DNA of 64,000 bases from Heteronotia binoei (Eukaryota): positions 132,308,001-132,372,000 of the forward strand of contig NC_083226.1 in NCBI RefSeq assembly GCF_032191835.1, in the 5' to 3' direction. A program made the translations under genes and the position numbers. The notes beneath the pieces are model-generated. The model searched no databases and was not told the origin of the DNA. It saw only the letters and a list, made by a program, of their open reading frames with translations. Of this stretch, positions 13,441 to 25,357 are shown piece after piece; the first letter of the stretch is position 1; the number at the start of each line of letters is the position of its first letter.

Positions 13441-13829
13441 GTCTAGGACTTGGGAATGTTCAATCTGGAGAAGAGGAGATGGGGGGGGGGCATTTGCTCT
13501 CTTTAAGTATTTGAAGGGCTGCCACTTAGAGGAGGGCAGGGAGCTGTTCCTGTTGGCAACAGAGGATAGGACTTGCAGTAATGGGTTTAAATTAAGAGTG
13601 GGGAAGTACCAGGTGGATATTAGGAAAAACTTTTTTACAGTAAGAGTTGTTCAACAGCAGAATCAGCTACCTAGGTCAGTGTGGTCATCTCCCCCTCACT
13701 GGCGGTCTTTAAGCAGCGGCTGGATGAATACTTGTCAGAGATGTTCTGGGCTGATCATGCACTAAGCAGGGGTTTGGACTCAATGGCCCGTATGACGCCT
13801 TCCAACTCTCCAATTCTTTGAGACAGTTA

Positions 13830-14250
13830 TCAGAGTCATTTTTCTCCTTCTCCCAAAATAGTAGAAATCAAGGATATCCAATGAAGCTGATTAGCAGTAT
13901 GTTCAGGACTGACAAAAGGAAATTCTACTTTACACAGAGAGTGATTAAAATGTGGAATTTTCTGCCAGAGGATACAGTGATGGCCACAGGGATAAATAGC
14001 TTTAAACCGGGATTAGATAGATTTATCTTCCATTAATGTATTAATGGATATTAACCATGGTGATTGAAGAGAAACTCCACATTCAGAGGCATTAAACCTC
14101 TGAATCTCAGAGCCAGGAGGCAATATCAGGGGATGGCTTCAGCTATGTTATTGTCTGTCCAGAGGAACTGGTTGGCCATTGTGTGAGACAGGATGCTGGA
14201 CTAGATGGGCCATTGGTTTGATCCAGCCGCGCTCTTCTTATGTTGTTATG
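13830..14250 (+). mobile_element. CR1 LINE 3' end fragment
   Basis: MKLISSMFRTDKRKFYFTQRVIKMWN followed by the CR1 3' tail GGACTAGATGGGCCATTGG...CTTCTTATGTT. Confidence 0.8.
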
Positions 14251-14344
14251 TGTGATGTCTTAAATATGAATCCTGAAACCTCTTCTCACAATGGGTTTAA
14301 ATAGAATCTTTAGCTGCTTGTATTAACAGTAACCTTAATTTGGA

Positions 14345-14935
14345 GTTTTTTGAATTAATCTAGGCTAGTAAATTGAACCTCAAAATTAACAAGACAGAAA
14401 TGCTACTGGTGTACAGCAGGACTAACCTGGGATTAAAGGTGTCATCTGTTCTGAAGGAAACTGCTCTCCCCTTGAAGGAATAGGCCTGTGATTTGGGAAT
14501 GCTCTAGGACCCAGGCCTACTGCTGGAAAAGCAGGTAATAGCAGTGGCCAGGAGTGCCTTTTCCCTGTTTTGATTGGTTATCTGATTGTAGCATTTCTTG
14601 GACAGACAAGACCTAGTCTAAGTGATGCATGACCTGATTTCATCTAGATTAGTTTATTACAATGTACTCTATGTGAGGCTGCCCTTGAAAGGTGCTCAGA
14701 AACATCTTGGTACAGAATGCTGCAGCCAGGATGTTGACTGGAGTGGAATTTGGTATCCAGGGAGACATGTTTGTCAACTTCTGTTGATGTTTTTTGCCAA
14801 TGGGTGAAGACTTTTTTGTTTTATCTGGCATTCCCTCAGTGATCCCTCTTTCCTGCCCTATGTTTTAATAGTTTTTATATTTTAGCTTTTGTTTTAATTC
14901 TGTGTTTTTGTTTGTTTTAAATTGTTATTAAACTA
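14345..14935 (+). mobile_element. Degenerate L2 LINE 3' fragment
   Basis: Decayed LNxxKTE and ISSRLVYYNVLYVRLPLK motifs matching the L2 at 4650-6506. Confidence 0.6.
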
Positions 14936-14940
14936 TTTTA

Positions 14941-15190
14941 AGTTTTGTGTAGTGATTAAGTGTTCTGATTCTAATCTCCTCTCCTCCACATGCGGTTGCT
15001 TGTGTGACCTTGGGTTAGTCACAAGTTCTTGCAGAGCTGTTCCCTCAAGAGCAGTTATAGAAAAGCTCTCTTCAGCTCCACCTACCTCACAGGGTGTTTG
15101 TTGGGGGGGAGGGAAAGGGAAAGGAGTTTGTAAACTGCTCTGAGACTCAGAGTGAAGGGCAGAGTATAAATCCAATCTCTTCTCCTTTTT
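14941..15190 (+). mobile_element. tRNA-derived SINE (abundant family in this window)
   Basis: GTGTAGTGATTAAG head, CACCTACCTCACAGGGTGTTTGTTGGGGG core and ATAAATCCAATCTCTTC tail shared with several other copies. Confidence 0.75.
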
Positions 15191-15335
15191 TAAGATGTTT
15201 TTATGATATACGTTTTTAATCTTTTAGCCACCTTAATGACTCTCATGAGGGTGGAAAGATGCGGTATAAATTTGTAAATAAATAAATAAATGAGATATTG
15301 TTGTCCATAAAATTATTGAAATATACTCTTAACTT

Positions 15336-15700
15336 TGAATCCAGTGGCACCTTTAAGATCAACAAAATTTTATTCAAAGCGTGAGCTTTCGTGTGCATGC
15401 ACACTTTCTCAGATCAATTAAGTGGAATTTACCAGTCCATAAATATAATGCAGAGGTTGAACAGCAAATTAGCATGCAACATAATGAAGATGTTTTAACA
15501 GATGCAAATAGGAATAACAAGCTAAGTTTGTAAGGTTACCATTGTTTGGTGGAGAGCTGTCCATGGTTAGTATTTTGATTGGGGGGGCCATCAAGGAAGA
15601 ATAGATTTGCTGTACAGAGGAAGGCAACAGCAAACTACCCCTGCTTGTTTCAAGCCTTGAAAACTTCATGAAGGGATAACTATAAGTCAGTTGTGACTTG
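15336..15700 (-). mobile_element. Penelope-like fragment with decayed hammerhead (15383-15414)
   Basis: Minus strand reads CTGAGAA-A-GTGTG(CATG)CACAC-GAAA-GCTC, with core G8 changed to A. Pseudo-LTR tail matches 2625-2762. Confidence 0.6.
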
Positions 15701-15949
15701 GCAGCACTTTATTATTATTGTGGAACTACACAGGTGGAATAATCTCTCTCCTCAACATAAAATACCATTTTTAAGGTTAGAAGAAGAAATAAAACTTGCT
15801 TCATTGTGGGGAAAGAATGGTATCAGCTAATGGAACAGGGAGTAAGGAGTTAGTTCCTCAGTAACTATGTGCAAATCTGTTCAAGTTGATTTAATCCTGT
15901 GAAGTTTATTTACAAAAGTATTTTCTTGTTTTTTTTCTTTAAAAGATCA

Positions 15950-16015
15950 ATGGTGATATGCTTCGGATGGAAACTACAAAGATTGATGATGTCAAAGAAA
16001 ACTTCCAAAAGAAAG
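15950..16015 (+). CDS. RAD17: RAD17, candidate first coding exon (ATG at 15950 or 15986)
   Basis: Polypyrimidine tract and AG at 15944-15945, donor AAG|GTAGCT. Open phase-0 frame (MVICFGWKLQRL)MMSKKTSKRK joins VVDWVEPSF, like the recalled human long isoform MSKTFLRPKVSSTK|VTDWVDPSF. Confidence 0.6.
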
Positions 16016-16409
16016 GTAGCTTCAGTTAAAGTGGGTGATATATATTAATAATGGTCTTTGGGTGTGACTCTTCTGCGTACAGATGTCCATGAGTGGACAG
16101 GGTTCATGCCTCTTATGCTTCTATAGAAGATTGTGACCTTGTGGGACTGAATGAACAGTACTTCACTGGCTGCTGAGCTGTGACTTGTAAACATCACTCA
16201 ACCTGCATTTTGTAAAGGTAGGATAAAATGGTCAGTCTTGCCCAACTGATTTGAGGCTATTGACATTAGAGTTCTATAGTATTGCATACTGAGCCTACTT
16301 ATGGGAAATAAGTTTGGTTGAATATGGTGTGACTTCATGCTAAATGAATATATTGAATTATCAAGGGACTGAAGAATGCTTTTGTTCTAAATGTTCATAA
16401 ACGGTTTCA

Positions 16410-17080
16410 TACATTTATTTATTTAATTTGTACCCCACACCCTTTTCCCACAGGGGACTCAGGGTTGTTTACATTATAAAATACAATAAATACAAATACA
16501 ATACAAATATATAGAAATGAAATGAATAGAACAATCAAAACATCAATTTAACAACAAGTTTCTTGGAGAATTAAAACAACTGGCCTCCACTCCAGTTTGT
16601 AACATTAACCAAAGGCCATGCAGAACAAAGCAGCCTCACATGCCCTATGGAAATCTAGAAGATCCCACTGGGCCTGGACTTCCCCAGGGAGCTGATTCCA
16701 CAGAAAATCCAGAAAGGGGCAACCACTGAAAATACTCTTGCCCTGGTGGTTGACAAGTGAGCAACTTGTGGGCCAGGAATCTGTAGAAGGCTCTTTGATG
16801 ATGAGGAAGCAAGGAGGATCATACTCAGAGTGACAGTCCTGTAGGCAGGATGGTCCCAAACCATTTAGGGCTTTTAGATCAAAACCAGCTCTTTTAATAT
16901 GGTGACTAGAAGCCAGTGCAGGTGCTGAAGTATTGATGTTATGCACATATAACATCAGGGGGACTCAGCCAGCAGTCTGGCTGTCACATTAGGTACTTCT
17001 TGAAGCGGCTGAAGTATCTTCAAAGGCAGCACTACATAGAATACATTTAATCTGCAAGTGCCTGTCATTTGGATCATAGT
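16410..17080 (-). mobile_element. Degenerate L2 LINE 3' fragment
   Basis: LKALNGLGPSCLQD...LWNQLPGEV and an (AAAT)n tail, like the L2 at 4650. Confidence 0.7.
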
Positions 17081-17221
17081 GTCAACAGGACAGATAGAGG
17101 GCAGCTGGTGGGCTTAGTGCAGGGCACATGTTTGGTGTAGTGACAGGGAGAGTGTAACCTGTGATGTCCATTTTGACAGGGAGAGTGTAACCTGTGATAT
17201 CCTTAATCCTTTCCAAAATTC

Positions 17222-17316
17222 GAGACCAAAATGATTTTAGTAAGTAAGTAAGTAAGTTTTATTCTTATATCCCGCCCTCCCCCGCCAAAGGCGGGCTCAG
17301 GGCGGCTCACAGACAT
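17222..17316 (-). mobile_element. Very short L2 3' tail inserted in the L1
   Basis: (TAAG)n followed by TATCCCGCCCTCCCCGCC..GGCTCAGGGCGGCTCACA, nearly identical to the tail at 4684-4725. Confidence 0.75.
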
Positions 17317-20210
17317 GACCATTGGACAGGACCACCAGCAGTGTATAAACAAATCATCTCCCCCACAATTCTTCCAGCATAAGGAAGAAGTATGCGGCAA
17401 AATATAGTGCAACCTTTTGAGCATCAAATACTACTGGAACAGAATTTTTTGAGTAATCAGGAATGAGCTAGGAATAGCTCTAAATAAAAATAAAAATTTC
17501 GGAAAAATGAAGGATTTAATAATTTGAATTTTCTCATTCCAAGGAATAAAAGAAGACTTCCTATTCTTTTGCAAGCTAATTATATCATTATTTAAAAGAT
17601 GGTGATTGATTTTAAAAAATATCACTCAAGTTTATGGGAATATTCACCTCTAAATATGTCCAAAACTTATCAATCTTCTTAAAATGATAATTAGAATAAA
17701 TAAAGTCTCGAACAGTGTTAGATATTACCATGGGATATAAGATGGACTTAGATGAATTAGATTTAAGCCCAGAAATAGAAGCAAACAAAGATAGTAAATT
17801 TGCTATAGCCGTTAGTGAAGAATCAGGATTGGTTACAAAAAGTATCAAGTCATCTGCAAACAAAGAAAGTTTAATATGCTGGTTATTATATGTACCCCCA
17901 CAAATTCAGGAATGTTACGGAGAGCATTGACAAGAGGCTCAATTGCCAGAGCAAAAAGGAGGGGGGAAAGGGGACAGCCTTGCCTGGTGTCACAGGATAA
18001 CTGAAATTCTTCTGAATCTAAATTGTTGACATGAATAATAGCAGACAGGGAGTGGTATAAAGCGCGAATAATTTTGATAAATACCGGACCAAATTCCATC
18101 TTTTCCAACAGTTTGATAAGGTAAGGGGCTTCAACAGAATCAAAGGATAAAATAAAAGAAGAGTCTACATTGAATTTCCTACAATATTGTATAATATTGA
18201 GAACCTTTCTGGTATTATCAGTTAGTTCACGGTTCAGGATAAACCCAGATTGGTCAGAGTGAATGTAAGTCCCAATAAAGGTATTAAGACGTGAAACTAT
18301 AGCCGCTGTAAAGATTTTATAATCGCAGTTGAGAAGCGAAATAGGCCTATAGGAACTAGGTTCCAACAAGTCTTTGCCTTTCTTAGGGAGAACTATAATT
18401 TTTGCTTGAGACCAAGTGGCAGAAAAATTATTCGAAGTTACAAATTGATTACAAAAATCAGCTAGAGTAGGGGCCAACAAAGTGCTAAAAAATTCATAAA
18501 ACTCAGGAATAAATCCATCTCTGCCAGGCGATTTGTTGGGTTTTAATTATTTAATGGTCTCTTGAATTTCAAGTGCCGTGAATGGTTGCTCCAAGAAGGA
18601 TTAAATTGCTGAAGAAAGCGGTTTAAGATAGGAGTGAGATTGGAGTGAGTATCTAAAAAAGATTTAATAAGTTCAGGTGAGGGATGCTGAGACAAATATA
18701 AAACAATAATATTGTTTAAAGACACCCACAATGTCTTTAGCTGAATATTTCAAGGAGCCAGATATAGTCCGAATAGAAGGGACCGTCATTGAGGTTAATC
18801 TCTTTTTTACTTTCCATGCAAGAAGTTTGAGAAATTGAGGGGTTCGGAACCAGTACTTTTGTTTGACAAATGCTATTTGTTTCTGAATCTTGGAGACCTC
18901 TAACGAATCTAATTTTTTCCATTCTATAAGAAGATTTGAGTATACTTTTTTACTTCCGAACTTCCAACTTTTTGATGTTGGACAGCAACTCAGATCTAAT
19001 TCTCTCTTTTTCTTTTCTATATGAAGAGGCAATAGCCATGAACCTGCCCCAAATAACAGCCTTGAAGGAGTCCCAAACAGTATGTTGGGGAACCCCACAC
19101 TCCAAATTAAATTGAAAAAATTCCTTAATATCTGCTTCAATAGAATCAGTAACAGATTTCATTGGGAGAAGTTATTTGTCTCCAAGCAAATGAAGTCGAA
19201 TTTTGGCCCATTATGTTCAAACCTCCTTCCACTCAAGCATGATCAGACCAGATCATAGGACCAATGTCTACTTGAGAAAAAAGTTAGAAATGGAATCAGA
19301 AACTAGAAGAAAATCAATCCTAGAATAAGTCTGGTGCCTAGAGGAAAAAAAGGCATAATCTCTCTTTGTTTGGTGCTTGAGTCTCCATATATCACAAAGA
19401 TTGTAAGATTGCAAAATATCATATAAAGTGTTATGAGACATCAATCCCTGGGGCTGAGAACAAGATTTACCTGGAGAGGGTAGGGAACAAGATTTACCTG
19501 GTGAGATCTGTCAAGAGAAGGATTAATTACGTAGTTGAGATCCCCTCCCAAAATAATAGGACCAGTATGAAAGTTCCTCAGTTTTGAAAAAGTATCCTCT
19601 AGAAACACGATCTGACCCTCATTGGGCGTATATACTGACGCCATTGTATATTGATGTCCATTAAAAATCCCATTGACAAAAACATAATGTCCGCTTGGGT
19701 CAATCAGCGTATTTTCTAAAACAAAACAAACTGATTTGCTAATCAAAATAGCCACTCCTCGTGCTTTAGAAGACCCCGGAGCCTGAATTTGGTAAACAAA
19801 AAAATTTAATTGAAAAACATTAAAATGATTATTCTTGAGATGCGTTTCTTGCAAAAAAACTACATCCGGTTTTTGACGAGAGATGGCAGAAGCAAAGCAC
19901 TTTTAAAAATTAAATTATTTAAACCATTGCAGTTCAAAGATAGAAATTTCAATTGACACTCGGCCATTTAAAAGGAGAACAATAAGAATATCACAAATCA
20001 TAACTCTTACACAGTAAGAATTCAGTAGCCTCATGTTGGCTGCCAAAAATATGCCTTTTAAATAACGCATGACCTTCGAAGTAGTTGAAAAGTCCATGAA
20101 GGACTTGCCACGTAAGCCCTTTCTGCCAGCAAAAAAAATAAAAAATGCACATGTAAGAATTAAGAAGCACCCCCATAAATATTCCAAAATGTTGCCATAA
20201 ACTCACACTG

Positions 20211-20803
20211 TGTCATGGGTGCTGGGGACCCTTCAGAGGAAGTTGAGTCTGATGAGGAAACTGTGCCCCTGCCACCTGCACCAGTGCCCCTGCCTCCTGC
20301 TGGAGAAGATCCTAGCCCCCCTGCCTCGCCCTCTCGGGTGGCTCGTGTGCGTGACCGCCTCCGGCAGGACCTCAGGGATCGGAGGAGGGCGGCACGCTCA
20401 CAAGCAAGACGCTCCCTGAGCCCTGAGTTCTGAGAGGATTCTGGCCCTTCTAAGAGCAAGGATGCTTGAGTGGTAACAGGATCCTGGCTGCCTCCCTGAG
20501 CCAGCAATTAGCCCAAACGGGCAACAGCCAGCAGAGGGCTATATAGCTGTGGGCTTTGGGAGGAAGCTTTGTGGAAGCAACTAGTCATCTCCCTGACATT
20601 CTAGCATCCACTCCGGCTTGACTTTGGTTCCTGACTCCCTGACTTTGGCTTTGGACTTCTGGACTCCCTGACCTCGGCTTCTGGACCTCAGACCTGCGAT
20701 ACTTCTACAGTGATTCGGATTTGGCGCCTCGGACCCTCCTGCTTACTGGCTACAGACCTCGGACTGCCTCTGGACTTTGCCTGACCCGGCCCCAGCCGTG
20801 ACA
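20211..20803 (+). repeat. 5' LTR (593 bp)
   Basis: TGTCATGG...CCGTGACA with TATATA at 20540-20545. No difference from the 3' LTR found by eye. Confidence 0.96.
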
Positions 20804-20805
20804 GA

Positions 20806-20815
20806 TTGCTTCCAC
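20806..20815 (+). promoter_or_regulatory. Self-priming primer binding site (non-tRNA)
   Basis: TTGCTTCCAC, 2 nt after the LTR, is the exact reverse complement of GTGGAAGCAA at 20571-20580, 31 nt downstream of the TATA start. No TGG-type tRNA PBS. Confidence 0.8.
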
Positions 20816-20837
20816 CGACAAACACCCACTCCACAGG

Positions 20838-21728
20838 ATGGATGCTGAAGCAAGTGAAACCACAGAACTACTGGCTGCGCTCCAAGCCCAGGTACAGCAG
20901 CTAACACAGGCAGTAGTGCACTTGCAGCAACAACCTGCGGCCAGTGCTCCAGCCAAGTGCCCAGTTCCCCCACCTGACAGATTTGGGGGTGCCGTGGAAG
21001 AATTTCCTGCCTTCCTAGCACAGTGTCGGCTGTACTTTGAACTGAGAGCACGGGACTTCCTCAATGACAAAACCAAGGTGTGTTTCGTCATCAGTCTGTT
21101 AAAGGGGCAGGCGGCCAAATGGGCCACACCCTTACTGGTCGCGTCCTCTCCCCTACTGACTGATTACCAGGGGTTTGAGGCCCACCTGTCTGCTGCTTTC
21201 TCAAACCCAGTCCAAGCAGCCACAGCCAACCGGAAGATCAGGGCACTGAAACAAGGCAACTCCTCGGTGGCTCAATATGCCACTGAATTCAAGCTCCTGA
21301 CCCAGGACTTGGCGTGGAATGAGGCTGCCCAGATGGACCAGTTTACTGAGGGGTTGGCAGAGGAGGTCCTGGATGAACTGGCCAGGGTGGAGCAGCCACC
21401 CACGCTCCAAGAACTTATCACCCTCTGCCTCCGCATCGATGGCCGCCTGGAAAGTCGCCGCCAAGCCAAGACCAGAGGGCGCCAGCTCCCTGCGCCGTGC
21501 TACCTGGCTCCTCGCCCGTCCCCAGCTAGTACCAGCACCAAGGATGAGCCTATGCAGCTTGGAGCTGCTCGACCCCGCCTGACCCCAGAGGAAAAGACCA
21601 GACGCCGCACGCAGAATCTGTGCCTCTACTGCGGCACGGCAGGCCACTATGCCTCTGGCTGCCCTGCTAAGCATCGGATACCTGGACCTTCGCTGCCACC
21701 GCTGCCAAAAGGGCAGCCCCAGGCGTAA
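20838..21728 (+). CDS. Gag (capsid plus CCHC zinc knuckle), 296 aa
   Basis: Open ORF with N-terminal coiled coil, PDRFGG...FLAQC capsid region and [14 protein letters not shown] knuckle. Confidence 0.95.
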   Translation: MDAEASETTELLAALQAQVQQLTQAVVHLQQQPAASAPAKCPVPPPDRFGGAVEEFPAFLAQCRLYFELRARDFLNDKTKVCFVISLLKGQAAKWATPLLVASSPLLTDYQGFEAHLSAAFSNPVQAATANRKIRALKQGNSSVAQYATEFKLLTQDLAWNEAAQMDQFTEGLAEEVLDELARVEQPPTLQELITLCLRIDGRLESRRQAKTRGRQLPAPCYLAPRPSPASTSTKDEPMQLGAARPRLTPEEKTRRRTQNLCLYCGTAGHYASGCPAKHRIPGPSLPPLPKGQPQA

Positions 21729-24700
21729 GTGGACCCCCCAGCCTGGGGCGACTAGCTGGGTCCTCCGAACAGCGGGCTGATACCCCAGGGCCATTCCTGC
21801 TACCAGTCAAACTCCGTCTGCCTGACGAACGCTGGCTGTTCGTGTATGCCATGCTGGACTCGGGAGCGGCCCACTGCTTTATAGATGCCGCCTTTGTGAA
21901 GCAGCACCAGATCCCTGTGCAGACAAAAGGGATTCCGTCGCTGGTGGAGGCTATTGACGGGCGCCTCCTCCGTTCTGGCCCCGTCACCCAGGAGACCTGT
22001 CCCATCACCTTCCACGTCCAGCAGCACCAAGAACAGCTGCGGTTTGATGTCGCCCGCATGCCTCGCTTCCCGCTGATTCTAGGCCTTTCCTGGCTGAAGC
22101 TGCACAACCCCATCGTGGACTGGGCCCAGCAGGAACTACGCTTCCGAGACCCATGCCCCCATCTGACTCCTCCCACCACTCTAGCAGCTGGCATCCCGAG
22201 TGGTGGTCCTCAGCTCCCTCAGAAGTATGTGGACTTTGCTGATGTCTTCGAAGAGACAGGAGCTGATCAGCTTCCCCCTCACCGGCCCTACGACTGTGCC
22301 ATTGATTTGGTACCTGGGGCACCACTCCCGGTGGGGCGTCTGTACCCAATGTCGGAGCCGGAGTTGGCAGCTCTGCGAGACTTCCTGGACAAGAACCTGA
22401 AACGCGGATTCATCCGACCCTCAACCTCTCCCCTATCTGCTCCAGTGCTCTTCGTGAAGAAGAAAAGTGGGGAGCTCCGGCTGTGCAATGACTACCGGGC
22501 CCTGAACAAGATCACCATCCGCAACCGGTACCCTCTACCACTGATCCCTGAACTCTTGGATCGCCTAAAGGGGGCCCAAATCTACACCAAGCTGGACCTC
22601 CGTGGAGCGTACAATTTGGTGCGCATACGGCCCGGAGACGAATGGAAGACCGCGTTTGGGACCCGATACGGGCAGTACGAGCACCTGGTAATGCCCTTCG
22701 GACTGACCAATGCCCCCGCTGTCTTCCAGAGGTTCATGAATGACATATTCCGGGACCTGCTCGACCGCTTCGTGATCATATACCTGGATGACATCCTAAT
22801 TTACTCCCGCAATCCTGCCCAGCACGCCGAGCACGTCCGCCAGGTCCTGCAGCGCCTACGAGCCCATGGTCTCTACGCCAAGCTGGAGAAGTGCGACTTC
22901 GACCTGCGCTCCGTCGAGTTCCTTGGGCACATTGTGTCACCGCAGGGGATCCTCATGGACCCGAAAAAAGTAGAAGCGGTCCTGACCTGGCAGGCTCCTC
23001 AGAATCGCAAAGACCTGCAGCGGTTCCTCGGTTTTGCCAACTACTATCGGCAATTCATCCCGGCCTACGCATCCCTGACCACACCCCTGACTCAACTACT
23101 CCGCCCCAAAGAACCCTTCCACTGGTCCCCAGAGGCCGATAACGCCTTCTCCACCCTGAAGACTCGCTTTGCCACCGGGCCACTCCTGAGATACCCCGAC
23201 CCCCAGCTTCCCTTTACGGTGGAAGCTGATGCCTCCAACGTGGCCCTGGGAGCAGTCCTGTCCCAGCGCGAGGAGCCGTCCCAGCCACTGCAGCCCTGCG
23301 CCTATTACTCGCGGCAGCTCACTGCTGCAGAGAGGAACTATACCATCTGGGAGAGGGAGTTGCTCGCGATCAAGGCGGCGTTTGAGGTTTGGCGACATTA
23401 CCTCGAAGGGGCTCGCCACCCTGTTCAAGTGCTCACCGATCACCGGAACTTGGAACACCTCCAGACCACCCGCCGTCTCAACCAGCGCCAGATCCGGTGG
23501 TCCCTATTCTTCTCTCGCTTCGACTTCCGGATCTCCTACATCCCCCATACCCAGAACCGGAAAGCAGACGCGCTCTCCCGGAAACCGGAATACGCCCCTG
23601 CCTCAACTGAGACCGCGCCCGCTGCTCCAATCCTGCCGCCCTCAGTATTTGCAGCCACCTCCACTTCACCAGCACTCGTGGAGGACATTCGGGCTAGCCA
23701 GGCCAATGATCCCTGGGTCCAGCAACACCTCCAGGCTCTCCAAGATGACCCAACAGGGGAGTTCACGACTCGAGGCGGCCTCTTGCTACACCGCGAACGC
23801 CTCTATGTGCCGCCCGGGCCCTTGCGGGCAGAAGTGCTACGCCTGACCCACGACTCGTTACCCGCCGGGCACTTTGGACAGCATAAGACCACCCACTTGC
23901 TGACAAGGGAATTCTGGTGGCCACGAGTTCGCGCTGATGTTGCCCGCTATGTCAGCTCCTGTGACGTCTGCCGACGGGCCAAAGACATCCCAGCCAAACC
24001 CTCAGGGTTGCTGCAGCCCTTGCCCACATCTTCAGGACCCTGGGATACCATCTCGATGGACTTCATCACGGAACTTCCACGCTCCAAGGGTCAGACTTGT
24101 ATCTGGGTGGTCGTCGACCTATTTACCAAGATGGCCCACTTTGTTCCGTGCCCGAAACTCCCCACAGCTCAGGAGACGGCCCAGCTTTACCTGCAACACA
24201 TCTTTCGTCTGCATGGACTCCCAGCCCATCTGATCTCCGATCGGGGCCCTCAGTTCTCCTCTCGGTTCTGGCAAGCCCTCCATTCCAGCCTGGGTACTCG
24301 AGTGCACCTGTCCTCGGCCTACCACCCACAGACAGATGGCCAGACAGAGCGCACCAATGCCACGCTAGAGCAATATCTCCGCTGTTACACCTGTTACCAG
24401 CAGGATGACTGGACCACTCTATTGCCCCTAGCGGAGTTTGCATACAACAACGCGGTCCATTCATCCACCCAAATGACCCCGTTTGCTGCAACCTACGGGT
24501 ACCACCCTCGGTTCTTCCCAGCGATCCTACCACCCACGAATGTCCCCGCCGTCGATGCCTACCTGCAAGAACTCCGTGCCAGCCAAGACTTGCTCCGAGA
24601 GCAGCTACAGCAAGCCAAGGAGGCATATAAACGGGCTGCGGACCGAAAGAGGCAAGAAGGCCCTCCAGTGCAGCCGGGGGATCAGGTGTGGCTCTCAACT

Positions 24701-25357
24701 CGCTACCTGCGCCGGCCTGGTCGGTCTCACAAGCTGGATGCACGGTTCATTGGACCCTACCCCGTCGTTGAACAAATAAACCCCGTCGCCTTCAGGCTCC
24801 AGTTGCCACCCCACCTCCGCATTCACCCCGTGTTTCATCGCTCCCTCCTAGTTCCGGCTGCACCCCCTGACCCAGCTCGGACTCCTTCCCCACCGCCGCC
24901 ACCACCAGTGTTGGTGGATGACGAGGAAGAATATGAGGTGCGCCAGATCCTGGACTCCCGGTACCATCGTGGAGGCCTCCAGTACCTGGTGGACTGGGAG
25001 GGATACGGCCCAGAAGACCGGTCTTGGGAGCCCGAGGACAATCTTCATGCCCCGGACTTGGTGCACCAGTTCCACAACGACCACCCCGACCTTCCAGGTC
25101 CCTCGACGGAGGGGGGCCCTGGGGGGGGGGATAGTGTCATGGGTGCTGGGGACCCTTCAGAGGAAGTTGAGTCTGATGAGGAAACTGTGCCCCTGCCACC
25201 TGCACCAGTGCCCCTGCCTCCTGCTGGAGAAGATCCTAGCCCCCCTGCCTCGCCCTCTCGGGTGGCTCGTGTGCGTGACCGCCTCCGGCAGGACCTCAGG
25301 GATCGGAGGAGGGCGGCACGCTCACAAGCAAGACGCTCCCTGAGCCCTGAGTTCTGA
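21671..25357 (+). CDS. Pol polyprotein (protease, RT, RNase H, integrase, chromodomain), -1 frame relative to gag
   Basis: Frame open from 21671 (ORF track starts at 21842). Motifs [42 protein letters not shown] and [12 protein letters not shown]. Confidence 0.95.
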   Translation, partial: ASDTWTFAATAAKRAAPGVSGPPSLGRLAGSSEQRADTPGPFLLPVKLRLPDERWLFVYAMLDSGAAHCFIDAAFVKQHQIPVQTKGIPSLVEAIDGRLLRSGPVTQETCPITFHVQQHQEQLRFDVARMPRFPLILGLSWLKLHNPIVDWAQQELRFRDPCPHLTPPTTLAAGIPSGGPQLPQKYVDFADVFEETGADQLPPHRPYDCAIDLVPGAPLPVGRLYPMSEPELAALRDFLDKNLKRGFIRPSTSPLSAPVLFVKKKSGELRLCNDYRALNKITIRNRYPLPLIPELLDRLKGAQIYTKLDLRGAYNLVRIRPGDEWKTAFGTRYGQYEHLVMPFGLTNAPAVFQRFMNDIFRDLLDRFVIIYLDDILIYSRNPAQHAEHVRQVLQRLRAHGLYAKLEKCDFDLRSVEFLGHIVSPQGILMDPKKVEAVLTWQAPQNRKDLQRFLGFANYYRQFIPAYASLTTPLTQLLRPKEPFHWSPEADNAFSTLKTRFATGPLLRYPDPQLPFTVEADASNVALGAVLSQREEPSQPLQPCAYYSRQLTAAERNYTIWERELLAIKAAFEVWRHYLEGARHPVQVLTDHRNLEHLQTTRRLNQRQIRWSLFFSRFDFRISYIPHTQNRKADALSRKPEYAPASTETAPAAPILPPSVFAATSTSPALVEDIRASQANDPWVQQHLQALQDDPTGEFTTRGGLLLHRERLYVPPGPLRAEVLRLTHDSLPAGHFGQHKTTHLLTREFWWPRVRADVARYVSSCDVCRRAKDIPAKPSGLLQPLPTSSGPWDTISMDFITELPRSKGQTCIWVVVDLFTKMAHFVPCPKLPTAQETAQLYLQHIFRLHGLPAHLISDRGPQFSSRFWQALHSSLGTRVHLSSAYHPQTDGQTERTNATLEQYLRCYTCYQQDDWTTLLPLAEFAYNNAVHSSTQMTPFAATYGYHPRFFPAILPPTNVPAVDAYLQELRASQDLLREQLQQAKEAYKRAADRKRQEGPPVQPGDQVWLSTRYLRRPGRSHKLDARFIGPYPVVEQINPVAFRLQLPPHLRIHPVFHRSLLVPAAPPDPARTPSPPPPPPVLVDDEEEYEVRQILDSRYHRGGLQYLVDWEGYGPEDRSWEPEDNLHAPDLVHQFHNDHPDLPGPSTEGGPGGGDSVMGAGDPSEEVESDEETVPLPPAPVPLPPAGEDPSPPASPSRVARVRDRLRQDLRDRRRAARSQARRSLSPEF
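25108..25134 (+). promoter_or_regulatory. Polypurine tract
   Basis: GGAGGGGGGCCCTGGGGGGGGGGATAG immediately before the 3' LTR. Confidence 0.8.

Larger units (their letters stand above)
12360..13815 (+). mobile_element. CR1 LINE 3' fragment interrupted by a hAT-type MITE
   Basis: Translated pieces VMPLYRFMVRPHLKYRVQVWSPYLKKDIAEVEEVQRRATKMI and YQVDIRKNFFTVRVV are typical of the CR1 ORF2 C-terminus. Confidence 0.85.

Noticed and set aside
20239-20256. CTGATGAGGAAAC in the LTR resembling a hammerhead core
   Set aside because: No stem II between the two core halves and no stem I/III closure. It encodes SDEET in the pol tail.
20215-20433. 72-aa ORF in the 5' LTR as an independent gene
   Set aside because: It lies upstream of the LTR TATA box, so it is not in element RNA from this LTR. 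It is the duplicate of the pol tail in the 3' LTR.
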